Source: Moniliella sp. 'wahieum' (Eukaryota). From it: 64,000 nt of DNA. A program made the translations under genes and the position numbers. Positions within the stretch are counted from its first letter, which is position 1. Each line of letters opens with the position of its first letter. Below the pieces are notes generated by a model. The model was given only the letters and a program-made list of their open reading frames with translations. It had not been told where the DNA came from and did no database searches. Where the stretch lies: positions 124,001 to 188,000 of the forward strand of contig RSEE01000035.1 of the NCBI GenBank assembly GCA_003971905.1, read 5' to 3'. Shown piece by piece: positions 1-12,471 of the stretch.

Positions 1-523
1 AATAAGCCATGTAATATCCTTGGCAACGCTTTAGGTACGCAGAAGCGAAACGCTAGAGCAGATCTATTGGACATGCCAACAATCTAGATGGGAGGGGAGA
101 CCCCACCGCATGCGACGTCGCAACACTTGGGCATGGCCAAAACAGCTCGTATGCCAAGCAGTCGGTTGAGGCCTGAGGTCACGTGTGTGTGGTTGCCCCG
201 CAATTAGACAACAAATCTGCAACGTTGCAAGTGAAGCATCATGCATGGCCAGGCGTCGCAATTAATTCCGCTGCCTCTTCCGCCGGGGCCACGCGCTGCT
301 GATGCACAGGGATGCGAGGAGCACTCGAGGCGGGATGGATGCCTCACCAGATCTCTCCAGCCCGCTGCCGCCGCCACCATCGCCACCACCACCACCCCAC
401 CCCATCCCCAGCATGGTACGTCCTGCGTCTCTACCCTCATCCGCCATCGTGTTCTCCATGCTGATCTTCTTGCGTTAGTTCCGTGGCTCTCCTTTCGACC
501 CGTTCAGCGCCCCGCCTCCCGGC

Positions 524-1888
524 ATGGACCGCTTTAATCAGCTGCGTCAGCTCGCCGCTGGCGGGTTTGACTCGCGCTTTGGTGCCCACCCCTCTGCGTT
601 TGACCAGTACTACACGGCGTACAGCATGGCCATGCTTGCTGGTCAAGAGCACCGTGATAATGTTGTCTTTGGAGGCAAGGTCATCCTGCCACCCTCGGCG
701 CTTGCGGAGCTAACTCAGCTCGACATTGAGGGCCCGTGGCTATTTAAGTTGCGCAACCCCAATCCTGCTGTGCCACCAAAGGATACTCTGCCCGTCCGAT
801 GCGACTTCTCCCTCGGGTACCAGCACCCCGGCCGAATCCAGTGCCAGTGCCAGTGGCGTGCGGCGGAGGGCAGCCGTGCGCTACACGCGCGAGAGCTATG
901 CGGGCGTGCTGGAATTTATTGCCGAAGAGGGCAACGTGCACCTTCCCGCATGGCAGATGCGAGCCTTGGGGCTCAACGAAGGTGACCGACTTCGCGTGAC
1001 GGGCACGACGCTTCCCAAGGGCCGACTGGTCAAGATTCAACCGCAAACCGTTGACTTTTTGGAGATTTCCGATCCCAAAGCCGTGCTGGAACAGGCGTTG
1101 CGCAATTACTCAGCCCTTACTCCCGGAGACATTATTGAGTTCAAGTACAATTGCCTCACGTTCGAAGTGCTCACCTCAAGGTCGAACCCGAGGCACCGGC
1201 CATTGCCATTACCGACACAGACTTGGTGGTTGACTTGCTGCGCGAACCGAAAGGGTACGTGGAGCCACCGCTCGGGTGCGCACGCCTCCGCCCACAATGG
1301 CGAGCAAGCTCAAGATTGATACCGAGGCGGCCGATACCATCACGCCCGATGGTTCAGGGGGAACGGGCACGGCGCTGGGGTCAGCAGGCGCCACGCTCTC
1401 GTTTTCAGGGGCCGGGCAGACCTTGTCGGGCCGCAAGCCGCGCAAGTCGAAGAACCGGGATACGGAGCCTGTCGAGCCAAGTGTGGTGCGTCGAACCGAA
1501 CAAACATTGTGACCAACGACACTGCTTGAGGAAAAGAAAATCCCCAAAGCACTTGAGCTGGAGTTTGGGCGACTGTTCTTTGGGTACCCTACATCCCGCC
1601 TGATGCTGGCGAGGGCAACGAACCAGATGAAGCGTTGGAAGGCGAGCGGCGCATCACATTTTCCGGTGTTTGGGCAAACGTTGTCCGGCCGAGCCCGAGG
1701 CCGCTGGAACCGCCTCCCAAGCCTGCCTCGACTACGGCTGCCAGCATCTTCTGCGCCGTTTGAAGGAGAGGCCGAACGAACGTGGGCAGGCGCAACTCGA
1801 CGAAACGCACCGCGCCGGATGCTTCTCACGATGGTGGCAGCGATCGAAACGCAGCCCAACTTACATCGTGTCCGACGACTCGGACTAG
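524..1888 (+). CDS. UFD1: Ubiquitin fusion degradation protein Ufd1 (Cdc48 cofactor); split across frames by apparent indels
   Basis: GGKVILPPSALAELTQL, YAGVLEFIAEEGNVHLPAW, VKIQPQTVDFLEISDPKAVLEQALRNYSALTPGDII, DTDLVVD..EPKGYVEP and SHP-like FSGAGQTL motifs spread over ORFs 524-985, 726-1319, 1151-1603, 1276-1512 and 1670-1888 (acidic end IVSDDSD*). Confidence 0.93.
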
Positions 1889-2894
1889 GCCGGTCTGGCC
1901 TTTGGAATCGCATCGCTCCGACTCTGGTAGTACTGTGTATATACGTGTTGTGTATGTGTAGTGGGATGGGCCTGAGGTGGCTAAACAGAGCGAAGATAGA
2001 TTGCCGCCCGTTCTCCATGATTGCGTCGTTTCCCGTTCCACTTTGACCTGCGTCCTCGTTCGGCTATTTCTCTTTTGTCCTGCACCGCCTTCTTCACGCG
2101 CGTGCATGACTGGGTTGGAGGCTACCACAAACCCAATATCAGAGGAGACGTAATAGCCACGGTCACGCTGGTCGAGTGGTGTAAACTGCAGAGAACCGAG
2201 AGAAGGAGAACGACTGGCACTCCAGATGAGAGCGTACTGACTAATGTAAATGGACCCGGCGCCATTAGCAGCAAGGAAGACACTGGTGGGGCTAAATGCA
2301 CCATACAGCAGTTGCCCGGTTTCCCTCTCGAGACCGACCTTGACAGAAACATCTCACCATCACCAGGCATTTCGCCTTCGAAGTAGGAAAGGAGGATGAA
2401 GAAGAAAAAGTACTATTGGTGTGAGAGGAGGTGAGGGACGCAACGGGTTGCATGTACAAGGTATGTGCGTGGATTCAAGGCAGAGGGGAGGGGCAACAAA
2501 AAAAAGACACAAAAAGGAAAAGGAGGTTCATCACGTTCATCAAATGAGGATCCGTCCAACGGGAGGCGTAACAACAGGTGGGTCCGTTGTGACGGAGACA
2601 AAAATCATCACTTCATCATGTCGACATCCGTCTCATCATCATTATCTCATGCAAAGCAATGCAAGGAGTAAGGGTATAAACAAAAAGGGCAAAGAAGTGG
2701 GAGGCGAAGAGGTATCGGAATCTTGATGTCATCACGCCTCAGGGGCAGTTAACCCCTCCATCTTGAAGGTGGTATAGATAACAAAACAAAAACCGGGTAT
2801 ATACCGATCCCTCTTGGTATTTACAGTAAACTGGCTGCCAGGCTAGCCACGCCCAGTAGAGTCAGGAAGGGGACCGACAACCTCGTGCCGGCGC

Positions 2895-3567
2895 TATATG
2901 GGGGGATCAGAACAGAAAAAGCTCGTTAGGCCCTCGCTCAACACACCAATCGCACACAGGAGGCAAAGGGACAGACCTCGACTGGCTGGTGGAGCTGCTG
3001 TGGGAAGGATGCTCGCTGCTGAGCTGCCCGAGGAGGCAGAGCCGAGGCAGATGCAGATGAAGGTGAGGCCGATTCAGAGCGCGAACTGGACGTGTGAGTC
3101 GAACTGCTGTTGTGGAGTTGCAGGGGAGGTGGAGGCTAGGGGCTCAGGGATGATGACGGCGCGATGACCGTGCTCGATGTCGGTACCGACGAGGCGGTCG
3201 TGGCAGACGTAGTAGCACCTAGGCAATCGGTCGGACCCGATTGGATGTCGAAGGGTGAGGTGTATTGCTGGGCGCCAGTAGCGTCGCTGATGGCCAGGGT
3301 AATGCTCTGTGGAGGTAAGTTGACAATCCAGGTGAATTGGGTTACATCCTGGTTGGAGATAAGCGACTCAATCATGTCGGAGGTGGTTCCACCCTGGTTG
3401 ACGTTGAGGTAGTAAGGGCCTTGGCCTCCGCTCCAGGTGATGAGAAGGGGGACACACGTGAGCACCGTCTGTCCGGGGGTATTGATCGTCAGGGGTTGCT
3501 GGGCCAGGGCGCCCGTGGTCAGGGCCAAGGAGCCGAGGGCGGCGGCGGTGATGGAGAAGGTGCGCAT
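2895..3567 (-). CDS. Secreted Ser/Thr-rich, probably GPI-anchored cell-wall protein of a common basidiomycete family; 3' end approximate (frameshift near 3136)
   Basis: Signal peptide MRTFSITAAALGSLALTTGALA; small two-Cys domain LTINTP..TCVPLLITWSGGQGPYYL..FTWIVNLP..SITLAISDATG..IQSGPTDCL; S/T tail; hydrophobic tail (SRGLSLCLLCAIGVL) in another frame near 2930-2985. Confidence 0.8.
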
Positions 3568-3683
3568 GGCGAGAGAGAGAGAGGCGAGAGAGAGGAGATG
3601 AGAGAGTGCTTGCAAGTGCCACAGAGACACAGGGGAGAGAGTGGATGAGGTGGGGAGAGGCGACAGCGGGTGGGAGGGGGGTC

Positions 3684-3691
3684 TATATATA
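3684..3691 (-). promoter_or_regulatory. TATA-like element upstream of the secreted-protein gene
   Basis: TATATATA ~120 nt upstream of ATG 3567 in a GC-rich context. Confidence 0.45.
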
Positions 3692-4485
3692 CACGCAGGT
3701 GTTTGGCTATGCCATCAACAGTATAATAGGCTATCCAGACGGGCGTACTGGCCGTACATACCTGCCAACAGATGCAGCCGGTGCCTCCGTGGGGGCGGCG
3801 TGTGTTGGCGCATTGCGATTGCGCATTGGCGCTGGCCATCTCCCGAGGGCAGGGGAGACACAGGCGGAGTAATAAAGTTACTGCTGTGGTTGATATGGCC
3901 ATAGGAGTGCCTGCTGATGGGGGCTTCGGCGCAGGCTGGGGATGCTGGGCGCGGCAGGGCCAGCAGGGCCGAGGGGCGTAGACACAGTGCCCCCATGCGC
4001 CCGCCTGCCGCCTCCTACCCCACCGCACGCGCAGCCCGCGCTTTCGCCTGCTTCCCGCCCCACATGTTGGGCGGCGTCTAGCATACCCTCTGGGCCCACC
4101 CAAAGCCTGGCGCAATGTGGCCCTGTTTCGTCCGGCCGTACGCAACAGTTCGGGGGTAAGCTAAGTGGCTTAGGCTACTAAAACCCGAATGGTATTCAAC
4201 TGACAAGCATGTGACAGCGAGTTTATCTGCCCACCCCCTCTCATCGTGCCTACACGGGCGGCACTAACTTGGGTTGCCTCAACCACCTTTGTTATATGGT
4301 CAAAGGTACTTGCAGAGGCTTAGAGAGAGGGGTATGTTGGGGCTGGAAAGGATGGCGGATAGTGCATTGCATGAAGCGAGACTGATGGCAGATGGAGAAA
4401 TCCCATCGCTGCATTATCACCATCATCGCTCAAATCGCCTAGCTGGTACAAAGACTGTCTCTCTAAAAACGCATTCCAAGTCAGT

Positions 4486-5185
4486 TCAATCGGTCCCGCT
4501 GAGAAAAGGAGGGCCACCAGCGGACTCCAATGAGCGCACGTACCTAGGATTTACAGCGACTTGTCGACCATTCGCTCGGACCGTCTCTTTCTTCTCGTCT
4601 CGTGGCAAGGCCTTGCGCATATCTGGGGAACCAAAGACCGGGGTACCGTCAGTCCACTTTCTTGCACCAAGCTAACGACACATGTCACAAGGGGGGGAAA
4701 GCTAGGCACGTACCAAATGCATCCTCATCCGAGTTGCCCTTGCCTCCACCAGAATAATACTCCGTCACAGTGCGGTACACTGAGTAGCCCAACTTTTCGT
4801 AAAAGTTGACCGCTGTTGAATTGGACGGCCTGACGAAGAGATCGACAAAGTAGGCATGGTACACACGGGCACTAATGTCCTCCAGCAGACGCATCATCCG
4901 TTCTGCCAGACCGATCCGACGGTACTCCGGAGCAATGGTGATGGCTGTCACATGGCCGTGCCGTTCCTTGGGCGGAGCGTTGGGGCCATGGTCTACCCCT
5001 TCGCCTTTGCCAATCACGTAGCCCATCGTGCGTCCAGTGGGCGAGCGCTGGATGAAAGACAGATCGGGCCATTGGCTGAGGTAGTGCAGGTAGAAGGAGG
5101 TGTTGTACGTCTCGGTCCAGTTGTCGAGGTTGACATTGTTGAAGGAGAAGAGGTCACGGGCGTGAAAGGAGCAGAGCTGCGACAT
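4486..5185 (-). CDS. NAT3: N-terminal acetyltransferase B catalytic subunit (Naa20/Nat3); introns 4623-4713 and 4499-4543
   Basis: DLFSFNNVNLDNWTETY, HGHVTAITIAPEYRRIGLA, FVDLFVRPSN..A..FYEKLGYSVYRTV..YY, DEDAF|DMRKALPRD; both introns are GTACGT...CAG. Confidence 0.95.
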
Positions 5186-5339
5186 GATGGGGTGGCGGCC
5201 CGGTCGTCCAAGACGAGCTTGTACAAGCAAGGAAGGGCTAGGGAGGGCAAGAGGAGAAGCGCTAGTCGCTTCATGGCGCTCCCAATCGCCCGCCCGACGT
5301 TTCCGCTGCGGCCTATTTCCGCCCCGGCCTTTTTTTTGA

Positions 5340-6609
<1,270 letters not shown>

Positions 6610-6846
6610 AATCCATCTATTCCCAGGCGTTTCCCCCACTAACGTATGGCTAGAATGGGAAGATGATACTGCCAATTTACGTAGGGCATCGCGAGGCGAG
6701 AGAGAATATATGATTGCATCAGATAGTAGTTATGGAGAAACGCAGCACAATTGCAAGATAGTCGAACTGTTTTTTTCGTCCTTTGAGACGGCAATGTCGG
6801 CGCAAAGAGGGATCACCATTTCTCGGATCCCTTCCACTTTGAAGCA

Positions 6847-9567
6847 TTACACTTGAGGGACGAACCGAGTGCGCACCGCCGGTTCATCCGCCACACGCTT
6901 GAGAAGGCAAATGTCCGCCCACTTGCGCGCAAAGGGACCCAAGATCTCCTCTGGAAGGGGAATGAAGAATGCACGACCAAACGCGGCCGCAGCACGCGCA
7001 AACAGGCTGCTTCCCTCGGGGGCGACCGTCGCATCCCGGTCCAGCAGAAAGTCGCATTTGACCGTAGTGAATAGGTCGCGGTGGTCCGATGCGTACTTGG
7101 TCGACGACCCCGAACCGGAGGATGACTTGTTCGCCGGCCCACGGGACGGGATAAAGTCTGTGTCGACAATGTAGTCGCACTCCCACGGCGGAATGGTGCG
7201 GCCCTCCACAGGCTCGTTCAGGGCGTTGGCCAATTCGTCCTGCACTCGCGTCGCAGGGTTGGGCCAATACTGGTCGGCCCGGGCTAGAAGACCGGCAGCC
7301 AACGGGTCTTGCTGGAACGTGGGCCACTCTGGCCATTCTGCTGTTGCTTCGGATTGGGGTGGGAAGTGGCTGGGGAGTTGGTGCTCGTACGAGTTCCACG
7401 TCCATTCGGGCGCAAAGTGCGGCGGAAGCAACCAGCGGCTTGGGTACCGGTGCCACGCATCGCCCCAGCACACAGTACGGCGCGGACCACGAAGCCCATT
7501 CGAGCTTGATGTGTCGTTGACCCGTTCCAGCAGCGCCACCAATACGCGACGCATCTCGCCAGTATACTCTAGGTAGGCCGCCTCGTTGATCGCCTCGAGA
7601 TCGGTAAGGCCATGGAGCTTGGCCACCTCGGCTTGAGAAGGGGGCAACCAGTTCGGTACCTCCACCCCTGCCTCGGCCAACACCGCTTGCGCCTCACTCT
7701 CCCATAGGGGAGCCAGGATGGATTGAGCGCTGTTGTACCCCTTGCGCACGCCCATCACTCGCGAGCAGCTCAACAACGCATACACAGCCAACACACCATA
7801 CGAGAACTTGAGTGTCGGGGTCAACTTTTTGTACCATGGTTTGGGGGCTTCCTCTCCCTCTTCTTCCTTGGTGGGGCGGAGAATGGTGCGCGGCTGCTCA
7901 GGCGGCGCTGGGGAGAGCGATTGCAACAGGGCCGAGACCTTGGGCCAAGCAGCGGAAAAGAGGCGGGAGGCAAACCAGAGACCGACCGCGCCGTTGAAAG
8001 CAAGCAGCGTGTAGATCGGGTACAGGAATCGTTCCTCCTTATGAGCCTGGAGTAGCACCACCACCAACCAAAGGTATGGGCCAGAGAGCCGGATGAGGAG
8101 CACAGCCACAGTACTTCCTCGGCCGCCAGGGGTGGTGTTGACCAAGACCCGGGGAATCAACCAAGCGGCAAGAAGAACAAGGGGAACAGAGCCCAATGCC
8201 AGAGGAAGAAGAATGTTAAAGCCGAGCGCCAAGGTGCGGAGGTAGAAGGAGGCGGGCTCGATGCCGTACAGATTGGGTCCTGCTGCACTCGAGGGCACCG
8301 AAGCCAAACCGGCAGCACTGTGGACGAGGTGCTGGATCAGACTGCCGTACACACCCAGCCAGCGCAAAGGCGACTCGGCATCGGGGGGGAGGGTAGCTAG
8401 GTCGCCCAGAGTGCGATGGAAGAGGTTGTAGAGCACAATGTTGGCTGAACCAAGCGCGGTGCGGCCATAGGCGAGCGTGTCGACAAATGTGGCAGGCACG
8501 ATTACCATGACTGCAGCAAGCAGTCCAACGAGGGTCAACACGAACACCCGCACCAGCGAAGCAGGAACGAATTCGGCCACGTTGTTGCGCGCATAGACGA
8601 GCAGCATGGGACGTAGAACCAACTCTTCTGCCACAAAGGGGAGGATCAAGACCGCAGCAAAAGGCCAACCGAGGATACCACCAATGGCAAAGGCAAAGAC
8701 GACTTTGAGTTGCCGCCCGACACTGCCATTGGCAAACGGCGGGCCATCTGCAGGGCGCAGGAAGGCAGCCCAGGCAAATGTAACAAAATACATAGCATAC
8801 GAAGAGGGTAGCAAGGCTGAGGCAGGGACAGGTCAACAACAGGATCCAGAGATAAGGTGATCAAGAACGACGTACCGGGAGTCGCGTCAAAGAGAGCAGC
8901 ATTGGCAAAGAGGATGACCAGAAGGTACTGGGCCACTCGGTTGCCCAGAATTGCGCGGGTCGATTGGTAGAGGAACCCTTCCCCCAAGGCCGAGAGGAAG
9001 GCAAGGAAGGCGCGGAGTGTAATAAACACGTTCTGGTCGGGCATATCAAAGCCAGCTGCATACGGACGCAGGGGCAGGAATTGGAGCAGGTACGCCCACG
9101 AGCGCAGGGCAAAGTTCGAGTCGTACTCCCATGCCTTGAAAGGAGGCGTGTTGTCCTTTGTATACACCTCCCCACGCATGAGGGCAAAGAGGGGATCCCA
9201 ATAGTTGAGCACCTCGTCGCTATCGGCCAGGACACGGAGCGAAGCACTGGCGATACGAACGATGAGGAGGACCTGAATGGCCCAGTGCAGATCGGGAGCC
9301 CAGACCTTGGCGCCATTGGAGACGGTGTACTCCTCGTCGATGACCAAGGGAAGATAGACAGTGCCCTGCCTGGGCCTCGGCAGCGCGGCGAGCATCGGCC
9401 AGGTCAGCGGCAGCCTTGGCGCGGCCAATGCGCTTGCTCATGTCCCCCGAGCCATAGTCGGCAAACTGCGGGGCCTTCTCTTCCTTGGCCGAGGCCTTGC
9501 CCTTGCCCTTGGCATCGGCAGTGGGAGCTAGCCCGCGCGTATCCGCAGGAGCAGCGGAGGCAGACAT
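6847..9567 (-). CDS. ALG9: Alpha-1,2-mannosyltransferase Alg9 (GT22); intron 8817-8875; frameshift near 9365
   Basis: DSDEVLNYWDPL, AWEYDSNFALRSWAY, ALLPSSYAM, GGILGWPFA, NIVLYN, GPNLYGIEP..FY, QAHKEERFLYPIY, CWGDAWHRYPS, CDYIVD; multiple TM segments. Confidence 0.93.
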
Positions 9568-10380
9568 TTGTGGTGGACCAGCAGCAGCGGGCGGTGCTAG
9601 AAGAGGTGGTGGTGAGGCAGAATCTTCGTGTCCAGCTATGGCACCAGGTCTATCACCAAGTGACGCGAGTGCCTAGTGACGAGTGACTGACTACTGGTGA
9701 CTAGTGACTGCAAGCCAAGGCACCAACCTGGCTACTCGAAGGTCTCACTTTGTCTAGCTGGCATAGTGCATAGGCTGGAATTCCCACCAGCCAGGATCTT
9801 CGTTGCGGCCGAGGCGTGCCAGGGCGTGCCGCGTCAAAATGTGTTGGATGGACTCAGGGCCTCTCCGATCCAAGGCCGCAGAGGGCTTGGGCGCTTGGGG
9901 GCTTCGGCGCTCTTCGGCCTCCTCAGGCCCCAGGCCTCATGGCCTCACGCGCGAGAGGCGTCAGACTGACACGTGAGGCCCACGCGCTTCCTGTTCGCCG
10001 GGTGGTACTTAGTCTTCAAGCTTCAGCTTCATCAATCATTAATCATTCCGCACTTGGCACTTGGTGCCGAACAGCTGGGCGCCGGTACATTGCACGTGGC
10101 ATCGACGTAATACTCCTGACGCGGCAGGACGCGGCTTGCTAAAAAGTTTGTGGGCCTCAGGGGCTTCAGGGCTTCAGGCCGCCTCAGGGTCACACAGGGC
10201 CTCAGCAGGAGGCCTGGCCAGAAACGCGCGCGAACACCAGGACAGACTCTCACTATGCCCCCGTACCAGTACCAACCTCCCAGCTGCGCTACCACGAGCG
10301 TCTCTCCTCTGGTTCCTCTCGCAGATTCTCACAGTTCAGCCTGGGCAGCAGTCAGGCTGACGCGCGGACCAGAGCTCAGC

Positions 10381-10402
10381 TGAGCCTCAGCGCTGAGGCT
10401 CA
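10381..10402. repeat. 22-bp perfect palindrome TGAGCCTCAGCGCTGAGGCTCA
   Basis: Read directly; lies in a CCTCAG/CTGAGG-rich intergenic stretch. Confidence 0.9.
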
Positions 10403-11404
10403 ACAGCGCTGACCGGAGGATCTTGGTCAGCAGACACGACGGATGTGTTGAACGTAGGTTGGGAATGAACGTTGAACGTTGCATGTTGAACTTCAATCTT
10501 CAAGACAGCCTCAATCTTCCAACGCATCGTTCGTCGTCACACGTCACTAGTCACTCTTCGCCGCCCGAACAGCCGCCGAGAATCATTAATCAGCCGTTAA
10601 TCATCCAGCGTCACGCGCGTCACGTGCGTATTATCGCTCCGCACAACGGCACGAAGCAGGACAGATAGGAGACGATGGGCGACGAAAAGTGACTCGTTTT
10701 GCGTACTTAAGTAGGGGGAAATCCCAAGGCTTAACCGGATAAGCCCTCTCCCAGACTTCTGGGCGGGACGTACATTTCCGTGGGGCAAAAATGCGTCCGG
10801 AAGGGTATGAACTAAAAAATGAGCTCCGATAGCGAGAGAGGGGGGACAAACTCTTGACACGTTTCGAAACAGTTGTTGGAAGTGGCGGGTTGGAAGTGGC
10901 GGATAAGCGGGGGACCCCCTCTCCTATCCGTCTGGAAGGGAACGCACGCTGCCGCTGCTCAAAAATGCTTCCGTGCAGCTCGATGCGAAAACTGTTTTTT
11001 GGCCGTTCCCTGTGAAAACGGGGTTTTTTGCAAGTCTTCGTTTGTGCACTTCACCATCCCCACAGCCGGTCGGCCCAGCCTCAGAGACGAGATATAGGCG
11101 GTTTCAGCCCTTGGCGCTTACTATGACCGCCTGCAGACCGTTGCGAAAACTGAACTGTCCAGCTGACCGGGCCGTATTAGGCCCCGTGGCCTCCTCGTCA
11201 GGAAAGAAAAGAATTATAAAATTGAAATCCTGTTTGGGTGCTTTAAATGTTAAACGTTTAAACCATCTCGGGATTGGTTGCGTTCCACTTAGATGTTCTG
11301 CCCCCACCATCGCCTTCTCCCGCACCCCAGCCTTACCCAAAGGGCGGCGTGCCTTGACCTGCACCGCCGTTGCCGTCGTCTTACGCGTCGATCCTTTGGT
11401 GTTA

Positions 11405-12218
11405 ATGAGCGTGGTACGGAGCATTCGCACCACCCTTCGGGGTCCCAGCGACCCGGGCTCAGCACCAGGGAGTTGCGGCTGGCTTGTGCTCGCGTTCACG
11501 CCACCTGATGTGTCATCGTCCATCAAGGCAGAGGACGAAGAAAAAGAAGCGCCCTCTCACCGGGCGGACCAACACGGATTGTTGTGTTACGTATACCGCG
11601 TACACCTTCCGCCTTAAGCCAGATCTGGCGGCCACTGTGGATGGGGACGAGTGGAGGCCGTGTTCGCTACAAGAAGTGTGGCACCCAGGCGGGGTGAAAC
11701 TGACCTTGACCTCCCCTCGCGATGGGGGTGGAGGCACCCTTACTGTGACTAGGAACGGAAAGGATCTTCGACTGACCCTGTTCCCCTTGCGGGAAAGCGA
11801 GGCTGATTCCGAGGCAAGGATGGCAGCTTGGCTCGTAAGTCTTGGTCTTGGTCTTGCTTCCCCCCCCGCGCTCAACTTGGCGAAGCCTACTGCTGACCCT
11901 CTCCACCCCCACCTTGCTTTGCTTTGTTCGTTTTGCTTCAGGAACCAGAAGGAGGCAGTGCTGCGCAGCTGATGAACCAAAAGTTGGCCGAAGCAGGAGC
12001 GTTTACGCAAGACGCGAAGTTTGCTCCAAGGAACTAGCAGTGCCTCTGTCTCGCGCCCAGGTCGTTCGCGCGGAACTTTCAACTCCTCGCTTGCCCCCCC
12101 TCGGCCGGTGCAGCGATCGGTCGAAATTGCCAGTCCGGCTGTCAACCCCCCACAGCCGGATGCCAAGCGACGACGCACTGCAGAGGAGGAGGCTGAACTG
12201 GAAGGCTTTGAAGACTAA
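11405..12218 (+). CDS. Uncharacterised spliced gene (~235 aa), possibly PAXX/XRCC4-superfamily-like; intron 11835-11941; about two indels needed to restore frame
   Basis: Protein-like segments MSVVRSIRTT...LCYVYRVHLPP / KPDLAATVDGDEW...LRLTLFPLRESEADSEARMAAWL / ...LRKTRSLL...AVNPPQPDAKRRRTAEEEAELEGFED*; canonical GTAAGT donor, GCTGAC branch, pyrimidine tract and CAG acceptor. Confidence 0.6.
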
Positions 12219-12426
12219 TCCAGCAGTGTAATAATCGAGAGACTCATCTGATCTGTATCATCCTTACTCTCTCTCTCCTAGTTTCCTCCCCCGCCTATAT
12301 GCTTGTTGCTGTCACTAGGGTTTTCTCTCTTATGTTGCTGCATACCACATGTTGTTTTGTGTTTACCCAAGCCTGAATGATGAGAACTCCAGTCCAGATG
12401 GTCCTCGAGGGTGATGCAATCGCACT

Positions 12427-12471
12427 AGTGGTGGTAGGGGTGGCAGTGGTGGCAGTGGTGGCAGTGGTGGT
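12427..12471. repeat. Short tandem repeat (GTGGTGGCA)n
   Basis: gtggtggtaggg-gtggca-gtggtggca-gtggtggca-gtggtggt. Confidence 0.75.

Noticed and set aside
2525..2655. Cluster of TGATGA (box C-like) on the minus strand
   Set aside because: No matching CTGA box or guide at a suitable distance; probably 3' UTR low complexity.
11077..11100. CTCAGAGACGAGATATAGGC resembles group I intron R and S elements
   Set aside because: The two are adjacent with no P8 between them, P7 pairing (GACUA/UAGUC) is absent, and no P/Q elements were found.
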